Shown piece by piece: positions 1 through 9,317 of a stretch of 32,000 nucleotides of DNA (within the stretch, counting starts at the first letter, position 1; each line of letters opens with the position of its first letter). A model generated the notes under the pieces. That model had not been told where the DNA came from and did not search any database. It saw only the letters and a list, made by a program, of their open reading frames with translations. This DNA is from Candidatus Electrothrix yaqonensis (GTDB taxonomy: Bacteria > Desulfobacterota > Desulfobulbia > Desulfobulbales > Desulfobulbaceae), in assembly GCA_047651235.1 (NCBI GenBank), contig CP178758.1, forward strand, positions 1,110,001-1,142,000, written 5' to 3'. A program made the translations under genes and the position numbers.

Positions 1-171
1 GCTGCCGCCGGTCGGTTCCAGGTACCCGGTCATCATCTTCATGATCGTGGTCTTTCCTGCACCGTTATGGCCGAGCAGACCGACGATCTCGCCCGGTCCG
101 ATCTCAAACGAGACATCATCGACAGCAGTAAAGTCGCCGTACTTTCGGGTAAGGTGTTCAACGTGAATCAT
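1..171 (-). CDS. ABC transporter ATP-binding protein, first 57 codons (gene runs off the left edge)
   Basis: Reverse translation from the ATG at 171-169 gives MIHVEHLTRKYGDFTAVDDVSFEIGPGEIVGLLGHNGAGKTTIMKMMTGYLEPTGGS. The Walker A motif GHNGAGKT sits at the usual ABC-ATPase position. It is absent from the ORF track because there is no stop codon in the window. Confidence 0.85.
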   Translation of the reverse strand, partial: MIHVEHLTRKYGDFTAVDDVSFEIGPGEIVGLLGHNGAGKTTIMKMMTGYLEPTGGS

Positions 172-571
172 GGATACAACTCCACAGGCTGAATATTAAA
201 AAATGCAAAAAAAAGAACAAAGTTCCGCTGGAACAGGTGAACAACAGGGAACACATCAGGGCAGATGGAGACAGGGCAGGGCGCACGGCAGTATAAAGAG
301 GATACAGTGTGCGTTCGTCCAGCCAGAGCCGGGAATATCTCTCTGTTTTCACAGATCTTCCAGCGGAGAAAATAACCGACAGAAACAATAAAAGCGATGC
401 GGGAAAAGTCAAGAGGGGAGGGGGACGTTTTTTTTTGCACCACGTGCTGTGCTGTTTTCGGCATACCGAGACAGATGACCACTTGCTCTTGGCATCCTGA
501 AATGATATAGTCTCTCCATAGAGTTGTATAACCTCGTTCAGCATCTATAATCTAATCCATAATCCGGCCTT

Positions 572-1519
572 ATGTTTCTTGAGAAAACAATTGCTGTTGT
601 CATCCCGGCCCATAATGAGGAGCGGCTGATCGGCAAGGTTATCAGTACAATGCCGGAATATGTGGATTATATTGTGGTGGTGGATGATAAAAGTCAGGAT
701 CGGACAGCGGCTGTTGTTGAGGAACTGCAGCAGGATAACAAGAGGATTATCTGTCTTCGTCACCAAGAAAACAGAGGGGTAGGGGGGGCGATTTCAACCG
801 GATATATATGGGCCAGAGATCACCAGGTGGATGTGACGGCTGTCATGGCAGCGGATTTCCAGATGGATCCGGCAGACCTGCCCCGCATCTTGGAGCCGGT
901 CTGCAGCGGTGAATGCGACTACACAAAGGGCAACAGGCTTTTTCGGGGCCAATCTTGGGAGATGATTCCGAGATACCGCTATATCGGCAACTCCTTTCTT
1001 TCTATGTTTACCAAGATTGCCTCCGGCTACTGGCATATAGCTGATTCGCAGAGCGGCTACACGGCTATTTCTCTGCTGGCCCTGCAGCGCATTGATCCCG
1101 AAGCGATCTATCCCCGGTACGGGATGCCCAATGATCTGCTCATCCGCCTGAATATTGCCAGTTTCCGGGTCCGTGACATATCCATTCGTCCGGTGTACAA
1201 TGTCGGCGAGGTTTCCGGGATTAAACTAAAAAAAGTTGTCTTCACCATCCCCTGGATACTGCTGAAAGGTTTTATCCGGAGAATGGTGGAAAAATATATT
1301 ATCCGGGATTTTCATCCGTTGATTTTTTTCTATTTTCTTGGCCTGGTATTTTTCTTTTTCACAGTAATCCTGACAGTCCGGGCATTTGTTTACCTGAACA
1401 TTGACGGGCACCTGCCTCCTATCAATACTTTGGCGGCCATGTTTTCCTTTATGAGTTCCAGTCTGTTCACATTGTTTGCTATGTGGTTTGATATGGAATA
1501 TAATAAGGGTTTGAAATAA
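572..1519 (+). CDS. Family 2 glycosyltransferase, polyprenyl-phosphate sugar transferase type (GtrB/ArnC/DPM1-like)
   Basis: 315-aa ORF. The N-terminus IAVVIPAHNEERLIGKVISTM...IVVVDDKSQDRT is the GT2 Rossmann/DxD region. Two C-terminal hydrophobic helices (LIFFYFLGLVFFFFTVILTV and AAMFSFMSSSLFTLFAMWF) are typical of the membrane-anchored GtrB/ArnC subgroup. Confidence 0.85.
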   Translation: MFLEKTIAVVIPAHNEERLIGKVISTMPEYVDYIVVVDDKSQDRTAAVVEELQQDNKRIICLRHQENRGVGGAISTGYIWARDHQVDVTAVMAADFQMDPADLPRILEPVCSGECDYTKGNRLFRGQSWEMIPRYRYIGNSFLSMFTKIASGYWHIADSQSGYTAISLLALQRIDPEAIYPRYGMPNDLLIRLNIASFRVRDISIRPVYNVGEVSGIKLKKVVFTIPWILLKGFIRRMVEKYIIRDFHPLIFFYFLGLVFFFFTVILTVRAFVYLNIDGHLPPINTLAAMFSFMSSSLFTLFAMWFDMEYNKGLK

Positions 1520-1666
1520 TAAGTGTTGTTTTAGTGATCTGCGGGTACATGTTCCATCCACAGGCTGTTTTACCTGTCCTGATATTGTCATCACATGCGG
1601 TCAGGAGGAGTTTACGGATGCTCACAATGATATTCTCATGAATAGTATCCAAGCGACAAGAACAAA

Positions 1667-3028
1667 TTGACCAAACGAATCAAACAGTTTATCCAACGCC
1701 TGTTGCCGGAAAATTCTTTCGCCCGCAGCGTGAGTGTTCTCATAGGTGGAACTGCTGGAGCACAGCTACTTACCGTACTTGCTGCTCCACTACTTACCCG
1801 TCTATACAGCCCGGAAGACCTAGGGCTATTAGCAGTTTTCATTGGTTTGTTAGCACTCATCAATGTCGTTTCCTGCCTGCGCTACGAATTAGCTATACCC
1901 TTACCGGAAGTTGATCAGGAAGCCGCAAATTTGGCTGTTCTGTGCCTGATTCTTATTGTTGTCACAAGCTTCGTTACCAGCATGCTCGTCTTTTTTCTTG
2001 GTGATCCTATTGCTCAGGTATTGGCTGTGCCACAACTCGCCGGTTATTTTTGGCTCTTACCGATTGGAGTCCTGTTTGGCGGAGCCTACAACGTATTCAA
2101 CTACTGGGGCATCCGTACCAAGCGGTTCAATATCATAGCCGCCACTAGGCTGCGTCAATCCATTACATCACTAGCTATCCAGCTGACGGCATTCAAGTTG
2201 GGGGGCATCGCACTGTTGCTTGGATACGTGGCTGGACAAGGAGTAGGTACAAGCAGTTTGGCTGCTCCAGTATTGACCAAACCTGAATTTAAACAAGCCA
2301 GTACAGAAAGTGTAAAAAAAGTTGCTATCCGATACCGTCATTTTCCTTATTTTGCCACATGGGGAGGGCTGTTAAACACGGCAGGCATGCAATTACCTTC
2401 ACTGTTATTTGCTTTTTTCTTTGGCCCTGCTGTTGCCGGAATTTATGCGCTTGCGCACAGAGTTATCTCCTTGCCCATGTTCATAGTAGGACAAGCGATT
2501 GGCAATGTTTTCCTGTCAAAGGCGGGTGAAGCAAAACGGGAGGGAAACTTGGCACCGCTTGTAGCTGAGGTTCATGAAAGATTGGCTCAACTGGCCATGC
2601 CTCCGGTGTTGATCATAGCTGCAATCGGACCGGATTTGTTTGCTTGGGTGTTTGGAAACGAATGGAGAGAAGCAGGTGAGTTTGCACGTCTTTTGACACC
2701 GATGCTTTACTTTCAGTTTGTACTTTCTCCTATTGCAACCTTATTTAGTGTTCTTGAAAAACAAAAGGAGAGCATGATACTACAGGCCATTATGCTTATA
2801 ATTCGTTGTACAAGCATTTTAATGGCAAGTTTATTAAATAATATCAGACTGGCAATATTTCTGTTCTCTATAGGGAGTTCTTTGTGTTATATTGTCTTTT
2901 TAATCCGGGTTGTTATGATGTCAAAAAATAGTTTGTATACGGTTTTCCGAGCAACTTTTCGTGCTGCTTGTTTTGGCGTTTTTTGGACGGGCCCTTTGCT
3001 TATTTTTATAATTTACCTGAATAGTTGA
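1667..3028 (+). CDS. Wzx-type oligosaccharide flippase (MOP/polysaccharide biosynthesis protein family)
   Basis: 453-aa polytopic membrane ORF with a TTG start per the track. The N-terminus ...FARSVSVLIGGTAGAQLLTVLAAPLLTRLYSPEDLGLLAVF matches the conserved start of PST/Wzx flippases, and multiple TM segments run throughout. The start codon is uncertain. Confidence 0.75.
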   Translation: MTKRIKQFIQRLLPENSFARSVSVLIGGTAGAQLLTVLAAPLLTRLYSPEDLGLLAVFIGLLALINVVSCLRYELAIPLPEVDQEAANLAVLCLILIVVTSFVTSMLVFFLGDPIAQVLAVPQLAGYFWLLPIGVLFGGAYNVFNYWGIRTKRFNIIAATRLRQSITSLAIQLTAFKLGGIALLLGYVAGQGVGTSSLAAPVLTKPEFKQASTESVKKVAIRYRHFPYFATWGGLLNTAGMQLPSLLFAFFFGPAVAGIYALAHRVISLPMFIVGQAIGNVFLSKAGEAKREGNLAPLVAEVHERLAQLAMPPVLIIAAIGPDLFAWVFGNEWREAGEFARLLTPMLYFQFVLSPIATLFSVLEKQKESMILQAIMLIIRCTSILMASLLNNIRLAIFLFSIGSSLCYIVFLIRVVMMSKNSLYTVFRATFRAACFGVFWTGPLLIFIIYLNS

Positions 3029-3036
3029 GTAGCAGC

Positions 3037-3609
3037 ATGTTATATCCATACAAAATGCTATACAAGATTTGTTCAGGTATCAAAGGGATACGCTTTCTAA
3101 TCCTTTCACGAATTCAGACTTTTCTTTTTAAGAAAATTTTACGAAGAGCTGGGGATGGCCTACATACCTATTTTCCTTGCGAAATAACCGGATGTGAATT
3201 TGTCGAGGTAGGTGATAATGTACATATAAACAAAGGTGCTTATATCAAAGGAGAAGGCGGTGTTATTATTGGTGATAATGTTCATATAGGAAGAAATTTT
3301 ACATTATACACAACTAATCATAATTATAAAGGAAAGGCGCTGCCTTACGACAGTGAAAATATAAAAAAAAATGTAACAATAGGAAACAACGTATGGATAG
3401 GAATTAATGTTACTATCATACCAGGCAGAAAAATTAGTGATGGTGCAATTATTGGCGCAGGTACAGTTATCACTAATGATGTTCCAAGATTAGCGATTGT
3501 AGGTTCCTTATCTCAGATAAGATCATATAGAGATAAAAAACACTATGATTATTTGGTAAAAAATAATAAATACGGTGGAGTTAATGGCAAATTATATTCA
3601 ATAAAATAG
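3037..3609 (+). CDS. Hexapeptide-repeat (left-handed beta-helix) O-acetyltransferase
   Basis: Repeated [LIV]G-x4 hexapeptides: VGDNVHINKGAYIKGEGGVIIGDNVHIGRN...VTIGNNVWIGINVTIIPGRKISDGAIIGAGTVI. I prefer the in-frame ATG at 3037 over the track's alternative start at 3025. It overlaps or abuts the flippase stop. Confidence 0.8.
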   Translation: MLYPYKMLYKICSGIKGIRFLILSRIQTFLFKKILRRAGDGLHTYFPCEITGCEFVEVGDNVHINKGAYIKGEGGVIIGDNVHIGRNFTLYTTNHNYKGKALPYDSENIKKNVTIGNNVWIGINVTIIPGRKISDGAIIGAGTVITNDVPRLAIVGSLSQIRSYRDKKHYDYLVKNNKYGGVNGKLYSIK

Positions 3610-3693
3610 CAAGTGATTGGTATGTCTGTAGATGGCTTATGAAACTGAATAATCATAGGACTTCGATCTGAAGGATAGAAAGATATTTTCGAT

Positions 3694-4701
3694 ATGTTAT
3701 TTTACGACAAGACCTTAAGTTATATAAATAACTTCAAGAACAACTTAAATGTAAGATATTTTCATTTCATATGGAAGAAAAGAGCAATGCTAAAGGAACT
3801 TTCTCGGATTCAGATTGTCGATTCTGGGATAGATGATTCTGATGGAAAGAAAGTTCCATTTGCTGTTTTGAAAGATGAGACTATTCTTTATGGGCAACTC
3901 CCGGATGCTCTAGAAAAAAGAATCTATTTTAAGAATAAGAATAAGTTCCCATCCTCTATTACAGAGGATACAATTCGTGTAGCCATGGATGTAGTTCTAA
4001 GATACTTGTATCCTCACTCTATGCCTCATTTGACCATGCCGTATCCTCTAAAGAAACGAAAAGCTTTTCATCCCCAGCATGTTGGAACTATAGAAGATAT
4101 AAAGGGAATGTCTGATAGTGAAAAGAAAGAGTTAAAAGGAATTTATACTCCTAAAAAAGAAGAATCATTTCTTGATATTGGCGCTTATATGGGGTATGGA
4201 GTAGTCCGGTTAGGTAAAGAACTAGGAAATGATACTCATATAATTGCCGTTGAAGCTGATCCAAATGCTTATGATTTGCTTAAACGGAATGTTAGTGTTA
4301 ATTCTTTATCTAATGTAACTCTTATACAAAGAGCTATATGGAACCAGTCTAATTTAGCATTAGATATGGTGAAGTCAACTCGTCAGGCTAATTCCTTGAT
4401 TTCAGGGATAGTTGACCCAAATAATACAGAATCGGTTACAACCATTACGACAGATGATATCATTAACCTGATCGGCTTACAACGTATTGATCTTATAGGG
4501 TTAACTGTAAACGGAGCTGAAGTTGAGGCTGTTGAAGGTATGAAAAAAGCAATTAACAATGCTGAAAAAATAAGATTATGCATCGCAGGCTGGTACCGGA
4601 GAGACAAAAAAAGAATTTATGAGATAATATCTCCAATATTGCGTCAATACGGATTAAAAGTCAAAATCGGACCAAATGGTGGTGTGTTCGCATGGAAGTA
4701 A
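3694..4701 (+). CDS. FkbM-family SAM-dependent methyltransferase
   Basis: The core FLDIGAYMGYGVVRLGKELGNDTHIIAVEADPNAYDLLKRNVSVNSLSNVTLIQRAIW matches the FkbM glycine-rich SAM motif (DIGAxxG) followed by (A/V)xEPxP and N. The N-terminal 150 aa have no recognisable domain. Confidence 0.75.
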   Translation: MLFYDKTLSYINNFKNNLNVRYFHFIWKKRAMLKELSRIQIVDSGIDDSDGKKVPFAVLKDETILYGQLPDALEKRIYFKNKNKFPSSITEDTIRVAMDVVLRYLYPHSMPHLTMPYPLKKRKAFHPQHVGTIEDIKGMSDSEKKELKGIYTPKKEESFLDIGAYMGYGVVRLGKELGNDTHIIAVEADPNAYDLLKRNVSVNSLSNVTLIQRAIWNQSNLALDMVKSTRQANSLISGIVDPNNTESVTTITTDDIINLIGLQRIDLIGLTVNGAEVEAVEGMKKAINNAEKIRLCIAGWYRRDKKRIYEIISPILRQYGLKVKIGPNGGVFAWK

Positions 4702-5561
4702 ACAGAATATTAGATTATTCTCCAAGAGAAATATATTTTCACCTAAAGCTAAAACTTAACATAGAGCCAAGATTAAAGCAATTTGACCATCAGTTTCCCT
4801 GCGTGTTTGTTCTGTCAACCGGAAGGGCCGGGACTCAAACTTTATCAGAGTTATTTAAACTAGCACCAAATATAATCTCTTACCATGAACCAATGCCAAC
4901 ACTTTATAGATTATCAAATTTAGCCTATAACCAGTTGAGGTGTTGGAAAAATTGTAAAGATATCTGGCAAGAATCTTTTGTAACAGCAAGAGCCGCTTTG
5001 TTAAGGCGTTCGCTCTGCTGTCATAAGGGGTATGTAGAAACTAGCCCTCATTCCACCTTTTTAGCTCCCGTTATTGCTTCTGTCATTCCAAACGTTAAAT
5101 TTATTCATCTCGTTCGAGATCCTCGGTGTGTTGTACGGTCGGGAATGCGCCGTAACTGGTACAACGGGCATTCTTTTGATAGTACGAGAATTACGCCTCA
5201 AATAAAAACGGAGGAAGGGGAAAAATGGGAAAGCTATACACTTTTTCAAAAAAATATTTGGCTATGGAATGAGACAAATAAATGGATTGCTGACTTCTTG
5301 TCAACTTTTCCACGCAGCAAACAGCTGATCGTTCACTCAGAAGATATGTTTTCAGGTAATAGAGAAACTGTTGAAAAAATATTTAACTTTATCGGGGGAA
5401 CTGTTCCTTCTGAGGGCAAAATGTCAAAAGTTCTTAAGAAAAAAATGAATGCCCAAAAAAAAGGAGATTTTCCAATGTCTGACTCTTGGAGTAAACAAAT
5501 GGACAGCGAACTCAAAGCGAGAGCTGGTACTGTAGCTATGAGGTTAGGTTATATTCTTTAA
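4692..5561 (+). CDS. Sulfotransferase-family protein (PAPS-dependent fold)
   Basis: VFVLSTGRAGTQTLSELF resembles the 5'-phosphosulfate-binding loop (GxxRxGT). IHLVRDPRCVVRSGMRR resembles the 3'-phosphate-binding RDPxxxxxS motif. Its start overlaps the FkbM stop by 10 nt (ATGGAAGTAA), which suggests translational coupling. Confidence 0.7.
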   Translation: MEVNRILDYSPREIYFHLKLKLNIEPRLKQFDHQFPCVFVLSTGRAGTQTLSELFKLAPNIISYHEPMPTLYRLSNLAYNQLRCWKNCKDIWQESFVTARAALLRRSLCCHKGYVETSPHSTFLAPVIASVIPNVKFIHLVRDPRCVVRSGMRRNWYNGHSFDSTRITPQIKTEEGEKWESYTLFQKNIWLWNETNKWIADFLSTFPRSKQLIVHSEDMFSGNRETVEKIFNFIGGTVPSEGKMSKVLKKKMNAQKKGDFPMSDSWSKQMDSELKARAGTVAMRLGYIL

Positions 5562-5619
5562 TATTTACAGTTACTATATAAACTCTACAAATTTTATTAC
5601 GAAATTTATACGCATTGGA

Positions 5620-6972
5620 ATGCAAATCGTTGCTGTACCTGCCACCGGCCTGCGCTGGCTCGAAGTCATCCTTACCGAACGTTTCGGACATGAGTGGCTG
5701 ATCGAGCCCGCTGCTCAGGGCCTCATTCTCAAACTGAAAGGCTCGGAAGGTGCTGTTACTTTCGATCAACTTGTACATTCTTTTTTCCAATCTCGTTCCG
5801 ATTTACCCCTTACCCATTGGGATGTGGAAGCAGAAGGATGGGAATCGGTTCTTGGAGCTAGTTTATCTGCACCTGGAGCAGTATGTTTAGCTCATCCGCT
5901 GATTGAACGGCAGGGCATAAATCATGTTATTCACTATGATATTATGGGACTCACCTACTGGATGTTATCCCGCCAGGAAGAAGTGGGCTGCAGCGACTTA
6001 GACAAACATGGACGCTTCCCGGCAAAATCATCCCATGCTTATAAACATGGCTATTTAGAGCGTCCAATTGTTGATGAATGGCTCCATATTCTTGGACAGG
6101 TTATCCAGCGGCAGTGGCCCTGTATTAAACTGAAGCAACATCAATTCCAGATAAGAGTTTCACATGATGTGGATATCCCCAGTCACTACGGTTTCTATAA
6201 TACCAAAAGATTTATTTATGCTGTAGGTGGCGATATTATTAAACGGTGTGATCTTAAGAGTGTGCTGTTTGCCCCTTGGATTCGCTTTAACACCAAACGT
6301 ACCTTGCACCCTCAGGATCTCTACAATACCTTTGACTGGATCATGGATGTATCTGAACAGCATGGGCTCACCAGTGCATTTTACTTCATCTGTGGTGGAA
6401 ATACGACTCAAGATGCAGATTACCAGCCTGAACATCCGGCCATCCGTGCTTTAATGCGCCGCATCCATGAACGGGGACACGAGATTGGATTACACCCCAG
6501 CTATAGTACATATCAAAATCCAGAGGCTATCGTACAAGAAGCTAAGCGCTTACAGCGTATATGCAAAGAGGAAGGTATAGAACAGGAAGTTTGGGGAGGG
6601 AGAATGCACTACCTGCGTTGGGAACATCCAACTACCCTGTACGGCTGGGAACAGGCAGGTATGGGCTACGACAGCACCTTGACCTATGCTGATCATCCAG
6701 GTTTTCGTTGCGGAACGTGTCTGGAGTATCCAGCCTTTGATCCAGTAAAAAAAAAGATGCTCAATGTCCGTCTCAGACCTTTGGTCGTGATGGAGAGCTC
6801 AGTTATTGCAGAATATTATATGGGTTTAGGATACAGCAAACAGGCATTGGAGACTTTCTTGACATTTAAAGAAAGCTGCAGAAAAGTAAATGGAGATTTC
6901 ACTTTGCTTTGGCATAACAGTCATTTTACCAACAAACAGGACAAAAGACTTTATCAGGATATAATTGCATAA
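5620..6972 (+). CDS. Polysaccharide deacetylase-like (CE4-type) protein with an uncharacterised N-terminal domain
   Basis: 450-aa ORF. RVSHDVDIP (Asp-Asp type metal/catalytic motif) and HEIGLHPSY (His motif) are spaced as in CE4-like deacetylases. The family assignment rests on motifs only. Confidence 0.45.
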   Translation: MQIVAVPATGLRWLEVILTERFGHEWLIEPAAQGLILKLKGSEGAVTFDQLVHSFFQSRSDLPLTHWDVEAEGWESVLGASLSAPGAVCLAHPLIERQGINHVIHYDIMGLTYWMLSRQEEVGCSDLDKHGRFPAKSSHAYKHGYLERPIVDEWLHILGQVIQRQWPCIKLKQHQFQIRVSHDVDIPSHYGFYNTKRFIYAVGGDIIKRCDLKSVLFAPWIRFNTKRTLHPQDLYNTFDWIMDVSEQHGLTSAFYFICGGNTTQDADYQPEHPAIRALMRRIHERGHEIGLHPSYSTYQNPEAIVQEAKRLQRICKEEGIEQEVWGGRMHYLRWEHPTTLYGWEQAGMGYDSTLTYADHPGFRCGTCLEYPAFDPVKKKMLNVRLRPLVVMESSVIAEYYMGLGYSKQALETFLTFKESCRKVNGDFTLLWHNSHFTNKQDKRLYQDIIA

Positions 6973-7006
6973 GCTTGGAAACCGAGTGAAACCATCACAA
7001 AATATT

Positions 7007-8122
7007 ATGGAAAAAAAAATAAACGTTCTTCATGTAGCATCAATGATAAAATATAGGGTTGGTATTGTCCAGCAGATGCAATGGGAGACAACTTCGGCAA
7101 AAGTATTGAAAATCCCATGGGAAACAAAGCTTTATTGTCCGAGAAATTTAACTGACGATACTTTTTCTTGTATTAAACACTCTCCCTGTATAAGAATTGA
7201 TAATTCCCAAGTTTTTTTGAGAGAATTATATACCTGGTTGAGACTGCAAAAAGAATTTTATCAATGGTTAGAGAATGAAATTAAGCAATATGATCTTCTC
7301 TTGCTTCGCTACAGTATCAATGATCCCTTCCTGTATTCTTTCCTTCGTCGCGCTGGCATTCCGGTAGTATTGGTACATCACACCTTGGAAACCTTTGAAC
7401 TCGCTATGAGACCTGGGCCAGCATCCGTCCTGCGGGCGTTGGCTGAAAAACTGATGGGCAAGCGCTCGTTACAAGCAGCATCAGGTATCATTGCTGTGAC
7501 ACAGGAAATCGTGGATTATGAAATCGCGCGAAGAAAGGGCAACGATATCCCTACAACCGTTTATCCTAATGGTATATACTACAAGAAGACACCGGCAGAT
7601 GATCACAGGACGAAAGAACCAGAGTTAATAATGGTTGCCAGTTTCTTTCATGCATGGCACGGACTTGATTTGCTTCTTGATTCTATGGAATCTTGTTCAG
7701 AATCCTTTACGCTTCACCTTGTCGGAGAACTTCCCGCTGTATATAAAGCAAGAGCTTCAAATAAAAAGAGAATCCATATACACAATTCGCTCACCCACAA
7801 TCAGATCAAGAGACTTGCAGCAAGTTGCTGGGTTGGGCTTTCATCATTCGCATTGCACAGAAAGCATATGCAACAAGCATGTACTCTGAAAGTGCGTGAA
7901 TATTTAATGATGGGGCTTCCTGTATATGCTGACTATGAAGAAAATTTTCCTCCTGCTTTTCCATATTTTTGCAAAGGAGAGGCCAATATTGAAAACATCC
8001 TGTTATTTGCAAAAAAAATGCGTTCTGTATCAAGAGAGAGCGTAGCAGAAATTGCTGAACCATACATAAGCAAAACGGGTTTGCTGAAAGGGCTTTATCA
8101 ATGGCTATTGAAAAGTTACTGA
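7007..8122 (+). CDS. GT-B fold glycosyltransferase (GT4/group-1-like)
   Basis: MEKKINVLHVAS... is a typical GT4 N-terminus. The C-terminal half has LIMVASFFHAWHGLDLLLDSM and TLKVREYLMMGLPV, resembling the sugar-nucleotide-binding E/K-x7-E region. I prefer the ATG at 7007 over the track's TTG at 6965. Confidence 0.55.
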   Translation: MEKKINVLHVASMIKYRVGIVQQMQWETTSAKVLKIPWETKLYCPRNLTDDTFSCIKHSPCIRIDNSQVFLRELYTWLRLQKEFYQWLENEIKQYDLLLLRYSINDPFLYSFLRRAGIPVVLVHHTLETFELAMRPGPASVLRALAEKLMGKRSLQAASGIIAVTQEIVDYEIARRKGNDIPTTVYPNGIYYKKTPADDHRTKEPELIMVASFFHAWHGLDLLLDSMESCSESFTLHLVGELPAVYKARASNKKRIHIHNSLTHNQIKRLAASCWVGLSSFALHRKHMQQACTLKVREYLMMGLPVYADYEENFPPAFPYFCKGEANIENILLFAKKMRSVSRESVAEIAEPYISKTGLLKGLYQWLLKSY

Positions 8123-8287
8123 TGAGGTATATCCGTCAAAATCTGCCCCGGCAAGCGGGACAGATCATCCACGAATGAGGGATGAAAGACCCGGAAAAGA
8201 CATAAAAACGATTAATGTCGCATAATATATATTATGTTAAATTTGTGACCGAAACAAACAACATCTATCTGATATTGATCAAATTAG

Positions 8288-9022
8288 TTACTTTACCATC
8301 TTCCAGCACCCGTTAATAAGGACTTCATAGGGTTTGAAAGACGTCTTATACTGCATTCCTTGCACCCGATTGATCCAGTAACCAAGATACAGGTTGTCAA
8401 TTCCATGCCGACGGCAGAATTCTATCAGGTATAATATATTAAGGGTTCCCGGACTGCGCCGCGCCTGTTTGGGATCAAAATAAAAATACACCGCATTGAG
8501 CCATTGATCTGAACAATCCACAATCGCCACACCAAGTAGCTGGTCCGCAACGCGGTAGCGGATTTCGAAACATTTGGTCATTGAGGTGATAAAAAAACCG
8601 CTGTAGTAACTCTCTGCACTGGCCTGACCGTCCGGGAAACGGGTGCGGAGAAACCGGTCCAGCAGAAGAAGATTTTCACCGGACATAGTCAACGGTGCCA
8701 GACCGACACTGACGTCCCTGTTTTTTTTCCAGACCCGCTTCTGATTTCGGTTCGGGAAAAACGTATTTGGGTTCAGGCGAATGGGCACACACTCCCGGCA
8801 GCCCGGACAGCGCATGGAATACATGCAGTTGCCGTTCCGGCGATAGCCGTTGCGGAAAAAAACTTCCATAGTGGTATCAGGAAGCGCACCAAAAAACGCT
8901 TGATGATATACAGCTTTCCGCTGCATTCCATATGGGCATTCCGATGTTATATCAACAAAATACCTCTTTAACGCGTCTTCGATCCCCTGCTCAGTTTCTT
9001 TGTTCAGTTCACTTATTGTCAT
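8288..9022 (-). CDS. bpt: Arginyl/leucyl-tRNA--protein transferase of the N-end rule pathway (bacterial ATE-type, Bpt)
   Basis: 244 aa. The N-terminal Cys cluster is CPYGMQ...GYRRNGNCMYSMRCPGCRECVPIRL. The C-terminal ATE_C signature is NAVYFYFDP...SPGTLNILYLIEFCRRHGIDNLYLGYWINRVQGMQYKTSFKPYEVL. Confidence 0.85.
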   Translation of the reverse strand: MTISELNKETEQGIEDALKRYFVDITSECPYGMQRKAVYHQAFFGALPDTTMEVFFRNGYRRNGNCMYSMRCPGCRECVPIRLNPNTFFPNRNQKRVWKKNRDVSVGLAPLTMSGENLLLLDRFLRTRFPDGQASAESYYSGFFITSMTKCFEIRYRVADQLLGVAIVDCSDQWLNAVYFYFDPKQARRSPGTLNILYLIEFCRRHGIDNLYLGYWINRVQGMQYKTSFKPYEVLINGCWKMVK

Positions 9023-9317
9023 TCCTCCCGGTAAATCCGTTTTTGTTCTTTTATTCTTTATTGTTCCTTCTGTATAAAGAATAGCTTATTTGATGATTTA
9101 AATCCAGAATTTTTCATTTTCCTGTGCTCCCTTTTATCATCTCTTTAAACGGAAAATACAAGATATTTTATGCGACATTTATTCGGCTTATCCATGATCC
9201 GGGCAGCTCAGCTTGATATTGATTTACTTTCTGCAACCAGCATGTTAAAACCTTTCCGGTTCTGATCGGGAGGCCGATCAGATTACGTCAGAAATATCTC
9301 ATTAAGAGGTCGACGAA

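Noticed and set aside
158-544. 128-aa and 104-aa reverse ORFs and 62-63-aa forward ORFs in the spacer between the ABC ATPase gene and the GT2 gene.
   Set aside because: They are mutually overlapping, have low-complexity sequence and no RBS. One would overlap the true ABC gene start. The region is better read as a divergent promoter spacer.
2548-2565. Additional TGGCAC hexamers (2548 inside the flippase gene, 7653 inside the GT-B gene) as sigma54 promoters.
   Set aside because: Neither is followed by TTGC at the required N5 spacing, and both are intragenic.
8214-9179. 12-bp perfect inverted repeat flanking bpt: AATGTCGCATAA at 8214-8225 and TTATGCGACATT at 9168-9179.
   Set aside because: There are about 3.2e7 position pairs within 1 kb in a 32-kb window and 4^12 (about 1.7e7) possible 12-mers. 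One or two such matches are therefore expected by chance, and more in AT-rich spacers. There are no target-site duplications or transposase.
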